Below are positions 37,574 through 47,355 of a DNA stretch of 64,000 nt, one piece after another. The notes below the pieces were generated by a model. It did no database searches and was not told the DNA's origin. It saw nothing but the letters and a program-made list of their open reading frames with translations. Position numbers and translations under genes: made by a program. The stretch spans positions 31,002 through 95,001 of the forward strand of contig QPMI01000580.1 in NCBI GenBank assembly GCA_004431415.1. The letters run 5' to 3'. Numbering within the stretch: position 1 is the stretch's first letter; each line of letters begins with the position of its first letter. Origin of the DNA: Cyanophora paradoxa CCMP329 (taxonomy: Eukaryota > Plantae > Glaucophyta).

Positions 37574-38451
37574 TTATGCGAACGATCTGTCGAAGGGGAC
37601 GTACTCGCTGGCTGCATTCTTAATTGCGGATTTAGCAGCAGCAGACGTGTAAGAGACATCCTCGATATCGAACTCTAGCACGAACGAGAACTCTGTGTTT
37701 GTGACAGCGTCTGTTCCATTATGATAGCGCAGCGATATGTCAAGTTCAGACAGCTCAGCGTTTCGATCGAAGCCTGTGACGGAACACGATCCTCAGATGT
37801 GAACTTGATGAGCTCCCCGAATTTTGAGTCGATGTGAATCTTTGCGATCGAGCCCGTTGTATAGGGGTTAAGTGTCAAGATCGGGCCTTTGATCTGCTGA
37901 ATGTACAGGAACAAATACGTGTGATAAAGTAGATCAACTGGCATATCGCTGAACAGCTCGTACGAATATTGTACGCCATCGATTGTCTCAGGTGTGTCAA
38001 GCTCACTGGAAAGGTCACTGAGAGTCTTCGCAAACCCGAGCAGGTTCGATAGTTCGGCCGATGTGAAGCTCAAAATAAAGTCCGCTTCACACAGGAACCT
38101 AAGCCGCATTGAGATCTCTTCGAACTGAACGACGAACTTGCGCTGATAAGTAGTTCCGCCGTAACTATACTGCTGGGTTTTAAGAAGCGTGCTTAGATAG
38201 TTTGCAAGGGAGGTTGGCGTATAGACTCCGGGCTTGAAAGTGTTGGCACGTGTTTTCTCAACGCCAGAGGGATCAAGGGTGCCGGTGATAATTGCGGCTT
38301 GTGTGGACAGGTTGAACATGTTATGAAACAGTTCTAGCGAATCAACTCGCACCGACTTTACATTAACGAGGGGCCTTGGGAGATTGATCTTGAAATTCGA
38401 GGACGTGCCTTCGAACCGGTCCCTAGAATCGACATTTACGCGGAGCTTCAT
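37574..38451 (-). CDS. Minor capsid protein/penton (A2), frameshift near 37755
   Basis: MKLRVNVDSRDR..SSNFKINLPRPLVNVKSVRV..N is a typical PLV penton N-terminus; PGVYT; the alternate frame gives LDISLRYHNG...FSFVLEF. Confidence 0.8.
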
Positions 38452-38495
38452 CTTTACAACAATATGCATGAAAATTTTCTGGTCTATAATAGCAA

Positions 38496-39724
38496 ATGGC
38501 GCAAGCAGGAACAACTCTAAAGGAGCTCCTCACTACCAAAGGTTCAAGCGAACTTTATTTATCCCCAGGTCTCACTGTCGGTGTCAGCCCCAAGTTCAAG
38601 CCTTTCCTTGAAACGATCCGTCCGCGAGGCAACTCGTACGGCTTCGCGCAGACTGCCGCTTTCGACCTTCCGCGCAAGCAGCTTCTAAACGGTGTCTCGC
38701 TATACTTTAAGGTCAGCGTCGCTGGCGGAGCTGCCGCCTCGGTGCTGCCTAATGGCGCTGGTGCATTTATTGAAAACGTGCGCTTTGTTCATGGATCCTT
38801 CAAGATGGTGATCCCTGGAGACTGGCTCACTGTGAACGCGCTCATTGATAATAGCGTTGCGTCCGCCCAGGCTTTTGCTAGCAGCTACGGCTTTGGAAAG
38901 GACGCGGCTCTTGAGATTCTCGATGCGAGTCGCGAGTACGTACTAAAGATCCCCTCCCAGCTCTGGGACAATTCGTACTTCCCGCTGCTCGCACTGGCTG
39001 ACATGCCAACCGTCGAAATTGACTTCCGTTCGGCTGGCGTGGTTGGAACTGTCGCTAGTGCTGTTGCAACTCTAACGGATTGTGCCCTGGTTTGCCAGTT
39101 CGTGAATATCCCTAGCGAAGAGGCTGAGTCTATGCTTAAATCTGCAAACGAGAGCGGTGGTATTCGAATTCCTTTCACCGAGATTATTTCAAAGCGCTCG
39201 AGGCAGTTAAAGACTGACGACGCGGGAATGCAGTCGAAATCTCCCTTGCCAACGTCAGCGGCCTTGTGCACGCGATCCTGATGACAGTGCGTAATGCGAA
39301 TCACCTGGGCACTCGCAATCACAATTCATTTGCTGGCAACGGAAATGCGCTGAAAATCGATTCGTTTGAGATCATGCACAACAACCGAACTCTCGACATC
39401 AGCAATAAGCCAATCTCTGGGTTTGTATCATCGTGCTATCACATTCCAACTCAATACCGCGGTGCAACCACTGGCAATTCAGCCCTTGGCTTCGAGGACG
39501 GAAATGTCTATGGGATTGTGCTTTCGAAATCTGGCAAAGACTCACTGCATAACGCTGTCCTCGGCTACACAGACTTCTTTAATTCCAGCAGCAGCTACTG
39601 CTCGCTAACTGTGACCGGCTGCACAAACGCAGCGCCAGCAGTTGTTGACTTCCACGTCCTGCGCCACAATGTTCTCGTAATTAACTCGTATCAAATGTCA
39701 ACTCTAAAGGTAAGTAACTTCTAG
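38496..39724 (+). CDS. Putative double jelly-roll major capsid protein (A2), ~409 aa, one frameshift near 39230-39265
   Basis: Lies between penton and ATPase. Beta-rich pattern AFDLPR..VSLYFKV..FIENVRF..YFPLLAL..VEIDF. Homologous to the equivalent gene in element B. Confidence 0.75.
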
Positions 39725-40441
39725 ATGGATATCAAACTGTTTGATCCTACAGAAATAAAACTGCCTAAACGGTTCTTGTTTGTCGGCCCCACCAACTCGG
39801 GAAAAAGCACCTACGTTAAACACGTATTAAATGCAGTAGCTCCGCAGCTAGACGATATCTTCGTATTTAGTACCACAGCATTTACAGAACAGTGGGACGA
39901 CACGACTCGCTCAAACAATATTCACGAAGAATGGGATCCAGTTTTGGTTGAGAGTCTTCTAGAGCAACAAAAAGAAAGGCGACGCAAGAAAGATGAGCGC
40001 AAGATTGCAATCGTTCTAGATGATTTGCTCGATAATGACCTTGTGAACGTCCACAGCGACCGATTAATGCAAAAGCTTTTTACTAGTGGGCGTCATTATA
40101 ACATGAGCCTTTTTGTAACCACTCAACGTCTTTGTGGAATCAGCCCTACAGTTCGAAGGAATTGCGAGTACGTCTGTTTCTCATCAATTCTCTCAAACGT
40201 TAAAGAGTTCAACTGCGTTTTCGACGAATACAACGCCGGAGCGACTCGAGCAAATCTAATGCGTCTTTTCGTTGAATTGAATCATTCGTATCAGGTTTTG
40301 ATATATGAAGCTGCGACCGCGGACCGCGTTTATTCTGTTGACAAATCGTCTGGAACGACTTCGGCTCTATTGCGCTTTGTGCGCGTAAAAAAGCAGCGCG
40401 ATCAAAAGTCGGTAGCCAAGGCTGTCGCAACAACCAGCTAG
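39725..40441 (+). CDS. A32-like genome packaging ATPase (A2)
   Basis: GPTNSGKS, AIVLDD, LFTSGRHYNMSLFVTTQ, VRRN. Confidence 0.93.
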   Translation: MDIKLFDPTEIKLPKRFLFVGPTNSGKSTYVKHVLNAVAPQLDDIFVFSTTAFTEQWDDTTRSNNIHEEWDPVLVESLLEQQKERRRKKDERKIAIVLDDLLDNDLVNVHSDRLMQKLFTSGRHYNMSLFVTTQRLCGISPTVRRNCEYVCFSSILSNVKEFNCVFDEYNAGATRANLMRLFVELNHSYQVLIYEAATADRVYSVDKSSGTTSALLRFVRVKKQRDQKSVAKAVATTS

Positions 40442-40592
40442 TATATTCCGGTTTCGCTGAGGCAATCCACAGGAACGATGTGCCCTTGTAAATGCCGAAC
40501 GAAATCAGATGATCAGGCGATTCGTGAGTTCTTCCAGGCCAGCAGTCTTCGAGATTAAACTCTTCCTCTACCGTTTCGAATTCGAGTTCCAT
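40209..40592 (-). CDS. Small protein with FGxYKG..PEYxxWL (DUF3820/ExoX-C-like) motif, overlapping the ATPase antisense (A2)
   Basis: ISFGIYKGTSFLWIASAKPEYTSWLL; conserved in A1 at 47356. Confidence 0.65.
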   Translation of the reverse strand: MELEFETVEEEFNLEDCWPGRTHESPDHLISFGIYKGTSFLWIASAKPEYTSWLLRQPWLPTFDRAAFLRAQSAIEPKSFQTICQQNKRGPRSQLHISKPDTNDSIQRKDALDLLESLRRCIRRKRS

Positions 40593-40653
40593 TAAAAAAA
40601 TAATCGGCAGACAAGCTGCCTCGGCTGCGCCCAAGGGGTGTTATTCCCTTCAT

Positions 40654-41184
40654 TCAAACCTGTGGGAAGTTCAACCGCAAGAATGGTTTGTCCTCTTCGC
40701 TGGTATGTTCCAATGCATATGCATCGCGAGCACGAGCTGCAGCCTCTGCTGTTTGAAACAGACCGATGTGCTTTTGGCGGTCATTTATCTTATAGTATGC
40801 TTTCCATTTACCATGTTGCTGATGGAAGCTGACGCCAATGTATCCTGAAGTGTTATCTCGCCGCTGTCCACGATTCAAATTCTGTTGACGAGCTGTTGCT
40901 AAACGGAGGTTGTCGCGACGATTGTCTTTTGGATCGTTGTTGATATGATCTAACGTCAACCCATTCTCAAGATTGCCACTGATGAATGTATGCAAGTACA
41001 CGCTCTTTCCGTTGATTTTGGCTCGAGCATATCCATTGTCCAAACTCCAGCGAAATCCCAGCACACGCTCAGCATCATCGTGTGACACGAGAGCGTAGGC
41101 GACGATGACTTCGCGTCGATTGCGAATTCCTATCAGCGGGATCAAAGCAGTGCCCTCTGGTACATCAGGAACGATAACCTCCAT
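40654..41184 (-). CDS. HNH endonuclease with C-terminal AP2 DNA-binding domain (A2, intact)
   Basis: YLHTFI..LDHINNDPKDNRRDNLR, then SGYIGVS..KWKAY..HIGLFQTAEAAARARD. Confidence 0.93.
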   Translation of the reverse strand: MEVIVPDVPEGTALIPLIGIRNRREVIVAYALVSHDDAERVLGFRWSLDNGYARAKINGKSVYLHTFISGNLENGLTLDHINNDPKDNRRDNLRLATARQQNLNRGQRRDNTSGYIGVSFHQQHGKWKAYYKINDRQKHIGLFQTAEAAARARDAYALEHTSEEDKPFLRLNFPQV

Positions 41185-41315
41185 CTGCGCAGCGAGCTGC
41201 TTGTCTGCGACTTTTTTGTTACATCTACAGATTGCATTATCTTTAAGCCTCAAAAGTCGCGCTAATTTGTCTTAAAAGGATTTATGTCTCTTATTATTGA
41301 GAGACAAGCCGAACA

Positions 41316-41659
41316 ATGACTTCTGCAATTACTGCGGATTGCGCTGCGGTTAAACGTGGCCGTGGGCGACCTCCTAAGGTTCGTCTTTTAACAATGGAGC
41401 CTTATCAGCCGAAGAAGAAGGGTCCTAAACCGATCGAGGTCACCCGGAGATTTTAGCAGAGCGACGCAGAAAGAATGCTGAACGCAATCGCAAACTGCGC
41501 CACACGAACGAAACATACCGTTTGAAACAGCTTGCCATCACAGCGAAGTATCGAGCTGAGAATCCTGATCGGATCCGGGAGTACCACAGGAATGCTATTG
41601 CGCGTAGATGCCTCGCGAAGAGCGGAGCTTCTGTAGAGCTCGAGGTGATGCAGCTTTAG
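41316..41659 (+). CDS. Small basic AT-hook protein (A2), one frameshift
   Basis: MTSAITADCAAVKRGRGRPPKVRLLTMEPYQPKKKGPKP...; the indel is at a different position from that in A1. Confidence 0.65.
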
Positions 41660-42545
41660 CACCTGCTCGTAGCTTTGGCTCCCCTGCAATCTCAAGCTTC
41701 TTGAGCTCTCGATACTGCCGGCTTTGGCCGCTGTATTTTTTCGTTTCGATCAAACCCTCACGTCTCAATCGTCTCTGCTGTCGCATTTGCACTTCTTCTT
41801 TTTCGATTCGTGTTTGAGGTGCAAGCTCACGCGGTTGACGTATTTCCGATGGTTTAACACGTCTAGAAATTTCCACACCCTGTTTCGTAACGAGTCGAAC
41901 ACGGTTCTTATCAGCGCCAGCAACTATGTACGTCTCCTTGCTTGGCTTTGTGGTTCCCTTCGCAAAAACGCTTGGCTTCGGCTCGAGAACTTGCACTTCG
42001 GTCCCTGTGCGCGGTATGTTCGAATTGTCTCGTTCAATATCGTTCTGTCGCTGTCTAACTTGATGCAGCTGCTCGGCTACCTGTGTATTTTCCCGCATCC
42101 ACTTTGGTGAGTGCTCCCCGCCGAAAGAGCTGTGGGCTGTTTCATTGTACGCCTTGACAATTGCCGGCAAACGTGAGAGGAAATGCGGGGAGCCACGAGC
42201 TTCTGTATCAGTCTGAATCAGTGCTCGCAATGTCCTCGCGAACCTGTCGATAATTCCCAGCTTGGAGCCTTTTGAAATGTGATCATCCTTAGCCACATCA
42301 GTATGCATTTTCAACGAGTTCTCTTCAGCCATTTCCCGAATTGCCGCTGTGTTGAAGCCGTTGTCTCCTGAAAAGCCCCATATTCCAGGTAGCTGCTCGA
42401 TCATTTTTGGAAGCTGCTTAAAAGTCTCGAGCTTACGTACCACAGCGAAACGGGTTGCAATCTCGACCGCTGCGAACAGGCGAAATCTCCCAATGAACAG
42501 CACGTCAATTTGCCACGCACCCGGTGGCGCAGTAATCTGGTACAT
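41595..42545 (-). CDS. rve-type integrase (A2, intact)
   Basis: WQIDV, VEIATRF, SGDNG, GIIDRFARTLR, YNETAHSS. Confidence 0.9.
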   Translation of the reverse strand: MYQITAPPGAWQIDVLFIGRFRLFAAVEIATRFAVVRKLETFKQLPKMIEQLPGIWGFSGDNGFNTAAIREMAEENSLKMHTDVAKDDHISKGSKLGIIDRFARTLRALIQTDTEARGSPHFLSRLPAIVKAYNETAHSSFGGEHSPKWMRENTQVAEQLHQVRQRQNDIERDNSNIPRTGTEVQVLEPKPSVFAKGTTKPSKETYIVAGADKNRVRLVTKQGVEISRRVKPSEIRQPRELAPQTRIEKEEVQMRQQRRLRREGLIETKKYSGQSRQYRELKKLEIAGEPKLRAGAKAASPRALQKLRSSRGIYAQ

Positions 42546-42554
42546 CGTTGTAAA

Positions 42555-45500
42555 TCAGGCGCGATTTTTATAATGGCCAATCGCTCGGGTGTTGATCCCG
42601 TCAGTCTCGAGGAAGCGTTTGGTATCAAGGGGATGGAGAGCCTGGCGCGAGGTTCGTTGTAAATAAATCTCATGTTGTTTCGAGCGGAAACCGAGAATTC
42701 CTTTGATGTCATACGATTGCTTTTCTCCCTCTTTAGGACAGACGCACCGGAGGAATACATCCCTTGTGAGTCTGTTGTAGTACGTCTTTTGAATACCCTT
42801 GCATACCTGCTTGTCCGTGCAATCTTCACGCGAATAATAGTAAGATTTCGGCCGGTTAGCGATCCACTCTGTCATTTGCAGACCATGGAGCTCATCCTTG
42901 AATAATCCCGGAGTTTTCCCCATCGATCGTAGAGCTCGAACCTCATCGGCTGTCATGCCATCGAAGAATCGATGTGTCTCTGGGTAGTCGCTAACATCCA
43001 GCTCATGCTTGATTGAGCGTAAATCAGCATAGATATCTTTGGTGCGAACCTCGATGATGAGACTGTCAGTATCCGTACCTAATAGTGTCAGCCGCTGGCC
43101 CCAAAGCGGCTTGAGCACCTGGTAGTAAAAGCGGTACATGTGCAGCTTGGAAAGTTCGAGGATGACGAACCCGCAGTAGATAGGTTTGTTCAGATTGTAC
43201 TCACTTTTGCGCTTGGAAACGAATACAAGGTTCTCTTCGTACATCACCACCTGCTTCAACCGATTTGGTTCGCTGTTGATCTTCACCAGACGGTCTCCCG
43301 AAGTCACAAGCTCTGAAAAGCAGTGCTTTCTCACGTTCTCCATCGTCTTTCCGAAGACACTGTTGTTCATCAACTTGTAAAGGTCCTTCTGGTATGTGAA
43401 CTGCGATTCTTTACGTTTTTGAGTATTGAGATCTATGAAACGCCCTAGCCATGCGCTTTGTTCGTACGATAGGACCCGATGGATGTTGGTTACTATCATT
43501 CCCAGTGACGTATAGAGCTGAAGCAAGCGTCCATCAACAACATAATTCTTTTTTGGAAGCAGATTCGGAACGAGCTTTGGAGTTCGTTCAACTGAGGTAA
43601 GCTTCTCGTCGTTAATCATATCCTGTTGTCGCTTTGATAGGTGTTCCTTGGACACACACATCCGTTCAGGGGCCAGCGGATAGTCTGAGAACTCGTCGTG
43701 GAGATGCTCAGGCATGTACATATCGACTTCGAGAGCATAGCCACGAGCTCCATCCGCGTCAAGGCTTGCAACGTATTGCATTACATCGACGTCTTGATCT
43801 AGTTTATCCCAGCGGAAATCTCCTGTGGGTAGCTTGCGCTTCATTGCGACGCCGTACAAGTTGTTTGCATCGAGGTACATGAGCCACGATTCCTTGTGTG
43901 TTCGGTAGTAGTTAGACATGCATGTAGACTGTGAGACTGTAGGCTCAACAGCGTGGGTGTATTTGTTGAACTTTATGCTCAAATATTTGTTCTCAGCTTG
44001 TGCGTAGCGTTTTGAGATCATTGAGATTCCGCCCCTGATCCCCGATTCTATAAATCTGTGCATATCCTGCTGCCCCTCGTGAAAGAGCTCGAGCTTCACT
44101 CCAGTGTGCTTAAGTGCTGCCTGCCAAGCAAATCCCGGCGATGACATAAAATAGCTAGGATCTAGGCCATACGTTTCAATACACGTATCGCGATAGTTTT
44201 CGAACACGTCCGCTAGTAACGTGATATCTGTCATCATATACTCCATTGTATAGTCTGATAGCATTCTGCAGCCGAGCTCTCGCCAAACATCCTTGGCATG
44301 TGCGTACTCATCTTTCGAGCATTTCTTCTGTTTAAGCTGATTTTTGAAATAACGACGTGCAGGTAGTTTAGTCTCTTGAAAGCGAGCCCAGCTCGTCATG
44401 TAATCATAAGGGTAAATGCCTTTGCCTGTCATCAGCTTGAACTGAGTCTCGTCCAGATGCAGCGAGCGCGTGATCTTCTTCTTTTCCGCGGGCAGAGCCT
44501 TTGCTAGTTCGTCCAAGCTTGCATTCAAGTGCTGAGCCGAGTCGCGTAGAACGTAAATTCCATACTTGAACTGCGAAATTCGCTCGCTATTCTGAAAGAC
44601 CTGATCGAATTTTATCGAAAGGAGACTCTGCGGGCGGAGCCGGCGTTCGAGCCCCTTCTTCACCTTCTTTTTCTGCTCTGGGGTCATCTCACGTCCACCG
44701 TACTTGCTTTCAAACTCGCTTTCGACATGTGCTTGAAACTCCTTCCAAACTGCTAAACGGCGATTATAGCCAGATGCTAGAGCGCGCACGAGCAGGTGGA
44801 AGTCAAATCCTCGACCATTGTGCCAGAATATTGGAACGGCTGCTGCCTTTGCGCGACGCCGATTGCACGCTCTGCAGGCGGCCCCGAGGTATCGTCCAGA
44901 ATCGTGGCAGTGATCGCGGTGCTTGTCTTTCGCATCCTTGAACGTGTCCGTGCACATGTAGCACTCGGTCCTCGTTTGAAAACGCTGCTCCTCTTCCTGA
45001 GTCATCTGGATTGGTGCAGTCTCTCGCAAGAGCTCTCGAAATTGTGGTTCCATTTCGTCCAACCATTGCACGAACTTCTCGGCGCAGTCCTCGCTCTCCG
45101 AACCCATGTATTTGAAACAAAATTGTTCACCTTTCGAAGATACAACCAGACAGCCGACTGAAGCAATCACATGCACACCTTTCTTTTCGGTCTTTCCACT
45201 AATGCAGGGAATCGGCATTGTAATCGTCTCTGAATCAGCATATCCGACCAGACGTTGCCGGATTGAGTACTCATAGTTAATAAACTTCTGGATGTGGGCT
45301 CCTTTTCTAGGCAGAACATCTCTCGCATGCTCGTCTCGATCGAGGCAACGGTCATATTTAAGATGATTCTCAAACGCAGCACCTGAGCTAAAACCTGTTT
45401 GACACGCAAGACAATAGTGTTTGGCGGGAGAATCATGTTTTCCAAACAGACGTGAGATGTTCTTGATCCAGAGATAATGCCCTACATCATTGTCGCTGCC

Positions 45501-46613
45501 TGCAGGTACATACAAGATTGGTATTGCGTCTTTTGCTGCGCTGATATGGATTGGTACAATGTCCTGTTCATCTAATGCTGTCGTATAAATACATAGGTTT
45601 ACGTTGTTAGCCTGCTCGAACTTTTTGAAAACCTTTGAATCTAGCGGGGTGGGAAATGTGAGCATAGTGCAGTCTAAAGAGCTCTCATACGGTCGATAAT
45701 GACAAGCACTGCGTGAATCCTGGCCCGGTCGTAGCGCGTGCTGAGCTGCAAGTACAGCATACTTGAAGCATTCATTGTTCGGAGCATCGATATTGATGAG
45801 TGCCTGCTTCTCCACAAGCCACCGCGGGAGTATGAACCTACGTCCACGACCACCCATGCGGCGGAAGTATCGCACAGTTTTAAAGACCAGATGTATCCAT
45901 GTGTCGAAAACTGAGGAATCCCTGCTTTTCTCTGTCGCAAGAATGTCTAGTTCTTCCAGCTGTGAGCGCAGAGCAGTCTCGATGCTTGCCCCTGGCTCGA
46001 TGCGATCGAAACGACGATGCTCAATAATGATTGCAATTGTTGTATCAGTCTCTGGCTTTCTGTATACCGCTAATCCAGAGATTTGTAGTGCAATGCCCAT
46101 TCTTACCGCCTCTGCAAGATTTACCTGGGCGCTAACGAATGCTATTGCGTTCTGTTTGAAAAGTTCGTTGTTCTCAAATCGGGCTTGCATCGAGGTTACG
46201 CGGCCAGAACCGCGAGGCAATTGGTATTTCCACTCCGCATATCGCCCGTCAAGCGCTGTAGTCGTATTGCTGTCATTGATTTGAACATCATCTCCACCGT
46301 CAACCTCAGGTAATTCTGAGAACCCTCGAACAATGTCGGCCTGGCCCTCAGCAATCGCTAGCTCTAGTCGACGACCTGACACAGGACGCGCTGACCTAGG
46401 AAGTCTTGCAAGTTCGTTCAAAAGTGAAGCGTACTTTTCCAAAGTTGCAAACCGTGTTCTCGACCCTTGTGCTGAAATTCTAATCAATTTATTTTTGAAA
46501 GCTCCATGTATGACGCGTCGATTATACAATGAAATCGCGAGCGCTTCGATCTGGTCTTTGATTCTGGCCAACCGGAAGCGCCGAGTCGCTGCATTATTTT
46601 GGGTAACGTCCAT
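42555..46613 (-). CDS. Protein-primed family B DNA polymerase (A2, intact, 1352 aa)
   Basis: All exonuclease and polymerase motifs as in A1; ends LDTKRFL..DGINTRAIGHY. Confidence 0.96.
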   Translation of the reverse strand: MDVTQNNAATRRFRLARIKDQIEALAISLYNRRVIHGAFKNKLIRISAQGSRTRFATLEKYASLLNELARLPRSARPVSGRRLELAIAEGQADIVRGFSELPEVDGGDDVQINDSNTTTALDGRYAEWKYQLPRGSGRVTSMQARFENNELFKQNAIAFVSAQVNLAEAVRMGIALQISGLAVYRKPETDTTIAIIIEHRRFDRIEPGASIETALRSQLEELDILATEKSRDSSVFDTWIHLVFKTVRYFRRMGGRGRRFILPRWLVEKQALINIDAPNNECFKYAVLAAQHALRPGQDSRSACHYRPYESSLDCTMLTFPTPLDSKVFKKFEQANNVNLCIYTTALDEQDIVPIHISAAKDAIPILYVPAGSDNDVGHYLWIKNISRLFGKHDSPAKHYCLACQTGFSSGAAFENHLKYDRCLDRDEHARDVLPRKGAHIQKFINYEYSIRQRLVGYADSETITMPIPCISGKTEKKGVHVIASVGCLVVSSKGEQFCFKYMGSESEDCAEKFVQWLDEMEPQFRELLRETAPIQMTQEEEQRFQTRTECYMCTDTFKDAKDKHRDHCHDSGRYLGAACRACNRRRAKAAAVPIFWHNGRGFDFHLLVRALASGYNRRLAVWKEFQAHVESEFESKYGGREMTPEQKKKVKKGLERRLRPQSLLSIKFDQVFQNSERISQFKYGIYVLRDSAQHLNASLDELAKALPAEKKKITRSLHLDETQFKLMTGKGIYPYDYMTSWARFQETKLPARRYFKNQLKQKKCSKDEYAHAKDVWRELGCRMLSDYTMEYMMTDITLLADVFENYRDTCIETYGLDPSYFMSSPGFAWQAALKHTGVKLELFHEGQQDMHRFIESGIRGGISMISKRYAQAENKYLSIKFNKYTHAVEPTVSQSTCMSNYYRTHKESWLMYLDANNLYGVAMKRKLPTGDFRWDKLDQDVDVMQYVASLDADGARGYALEVDMYMPEHLHDEFSDYPLAPERMCVSKEHLSKRQQDMINDEKLTSVERTPKLVPNLLPKKNYVVDGRLLQLYTSLGMIVTNIHRVLSYEQSAWLGRFIDLNTQKRKESQFTYQKDLYKLMNNSVFGKTMENVRKHCFSELVTSGDRLVKINSEPNRLKQVVMYEENLVFVSKRKSEYNLNKPIYCGFVILELSKLHMYRFYYQVLKPLWGQRLTLLGTDTDSLIIEVRTKDIYADLRSIKHELDVSDYPETHRFFDGMTADEVRALRSMGKTPGLFKDELHGLQMTEWIANRPKSYYYSREDCTDKQVCKGIQKTYYNRLTRDVFLRCVCPKEGEKQSYDIKGILGFRSKQHEIYLQRTSRQALHPLDTKRFLETDGINTRAIGHYKNRA

Positions 46614-46729
46614 TGGAAGTATATATCACAATTTTTTTGCTTGTTCCAAACGCAACTTCACATAGCAATATTGGAAAGGGATCTCTTTAAGACAAAATAA
46701 GAGAAACCTCAATTGCGGTGACCCGTTGG

Positions 46730-47030
46730 TGATTCAAAGACCGGCGCGTTTGGGGCTCGAAGAGCAGGAAGCCTTCTGGCTGACGCTCCCGCCTCAATTC
46801 ACTGCTATATCGTTTTGCAATATCGATCGACCTAGACACTAGATACTACCTAGTGGTTGCTGGATGGAAGGGGAGGTAGACCAGAGGGAGAGAAGGGCGG
46901 TAGACGTAGCGAGAGAGTGGGAAAGAATGAGGGCTGGGAAGGCGCTGGAGTGGGTGAGTGAGGGGTGGGTTTGGGGGTTGAGGGTGGCAAAGAGGGCGGG
47001 CCCACCCTGATGGGGGTACTCTCATTTTTT
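46730..47030 (-). repeat. Right TIR of A2
   Basis: Reverse complement of 35620-35889 with substitutions and a ~30-bp insert. Confidence 0.92.
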
Positions 47031-47324
47031 CACATTAATAATAACAAACTCGATAATCGTCGCGAGAATCTACGTTTGGCGACAAAGCGTCAGCAGATGT
47101 TGAACCAAAACCGTCGGCTCACAAACACATCAGGATTCATTGGCGTCAGCTTCTATGAGCGACTTTGTAAATGGAAAGCAAATTACAGGATCAATGGCCG
47201 TCTAAAGAACATCGGCTACTTTGCAACCGCCGAAGCAGCAGCTCAAGCTCGTGATGCTTACGTTATAGAACATACCAGCGAAGAGGACAAGCCGTTTCTG
47301 CGGCTGAACTTCCCACAGGTTTGA
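47031..47324 (+). pseudogene. HNH-AP2 endonuclease of A1, 3' half
   Basis: HINNNKLDNRRENLR...SGFIGVS...LRLNFPQV*; continues 35345-35619. Confidence 0.9.
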
Positions 47325-47355
47325 ATGAAGGGAATAACACCCCTTTATCTTTTTA

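Larger units (their letters stand above)
35620..47030 (-). mobile_element. Polinton-like virus A2, complete 11,411-bp element with TIRs and CACATT target-site duplication
   Basis: CACATT(35614-19)-AAAAAATGAGAGTACCCCCAT...ATGGGGGTACTCTCATTTTTT-CACATT(47031-36). Encodes pPolB, INT, ATPase, MCP-like and penton genes. Confidence 0.95.

Noticed and set aside
29786-46746. One giant palindromic element with ~6-kb TIRs, or an assembly fold-back
   Set aside because: The arms are diverged in places, and the CACATT TSD plus the split HNH-AP2 gene show a nested insertion of a relative in opposite orientation.
46965-47030. N-terminus of the 119-aa ORF 46965-47324
   Set aside because: It is read-through from the A2 TIR into the 3' half of the A1 HNH-AP2 gene, not a native start.
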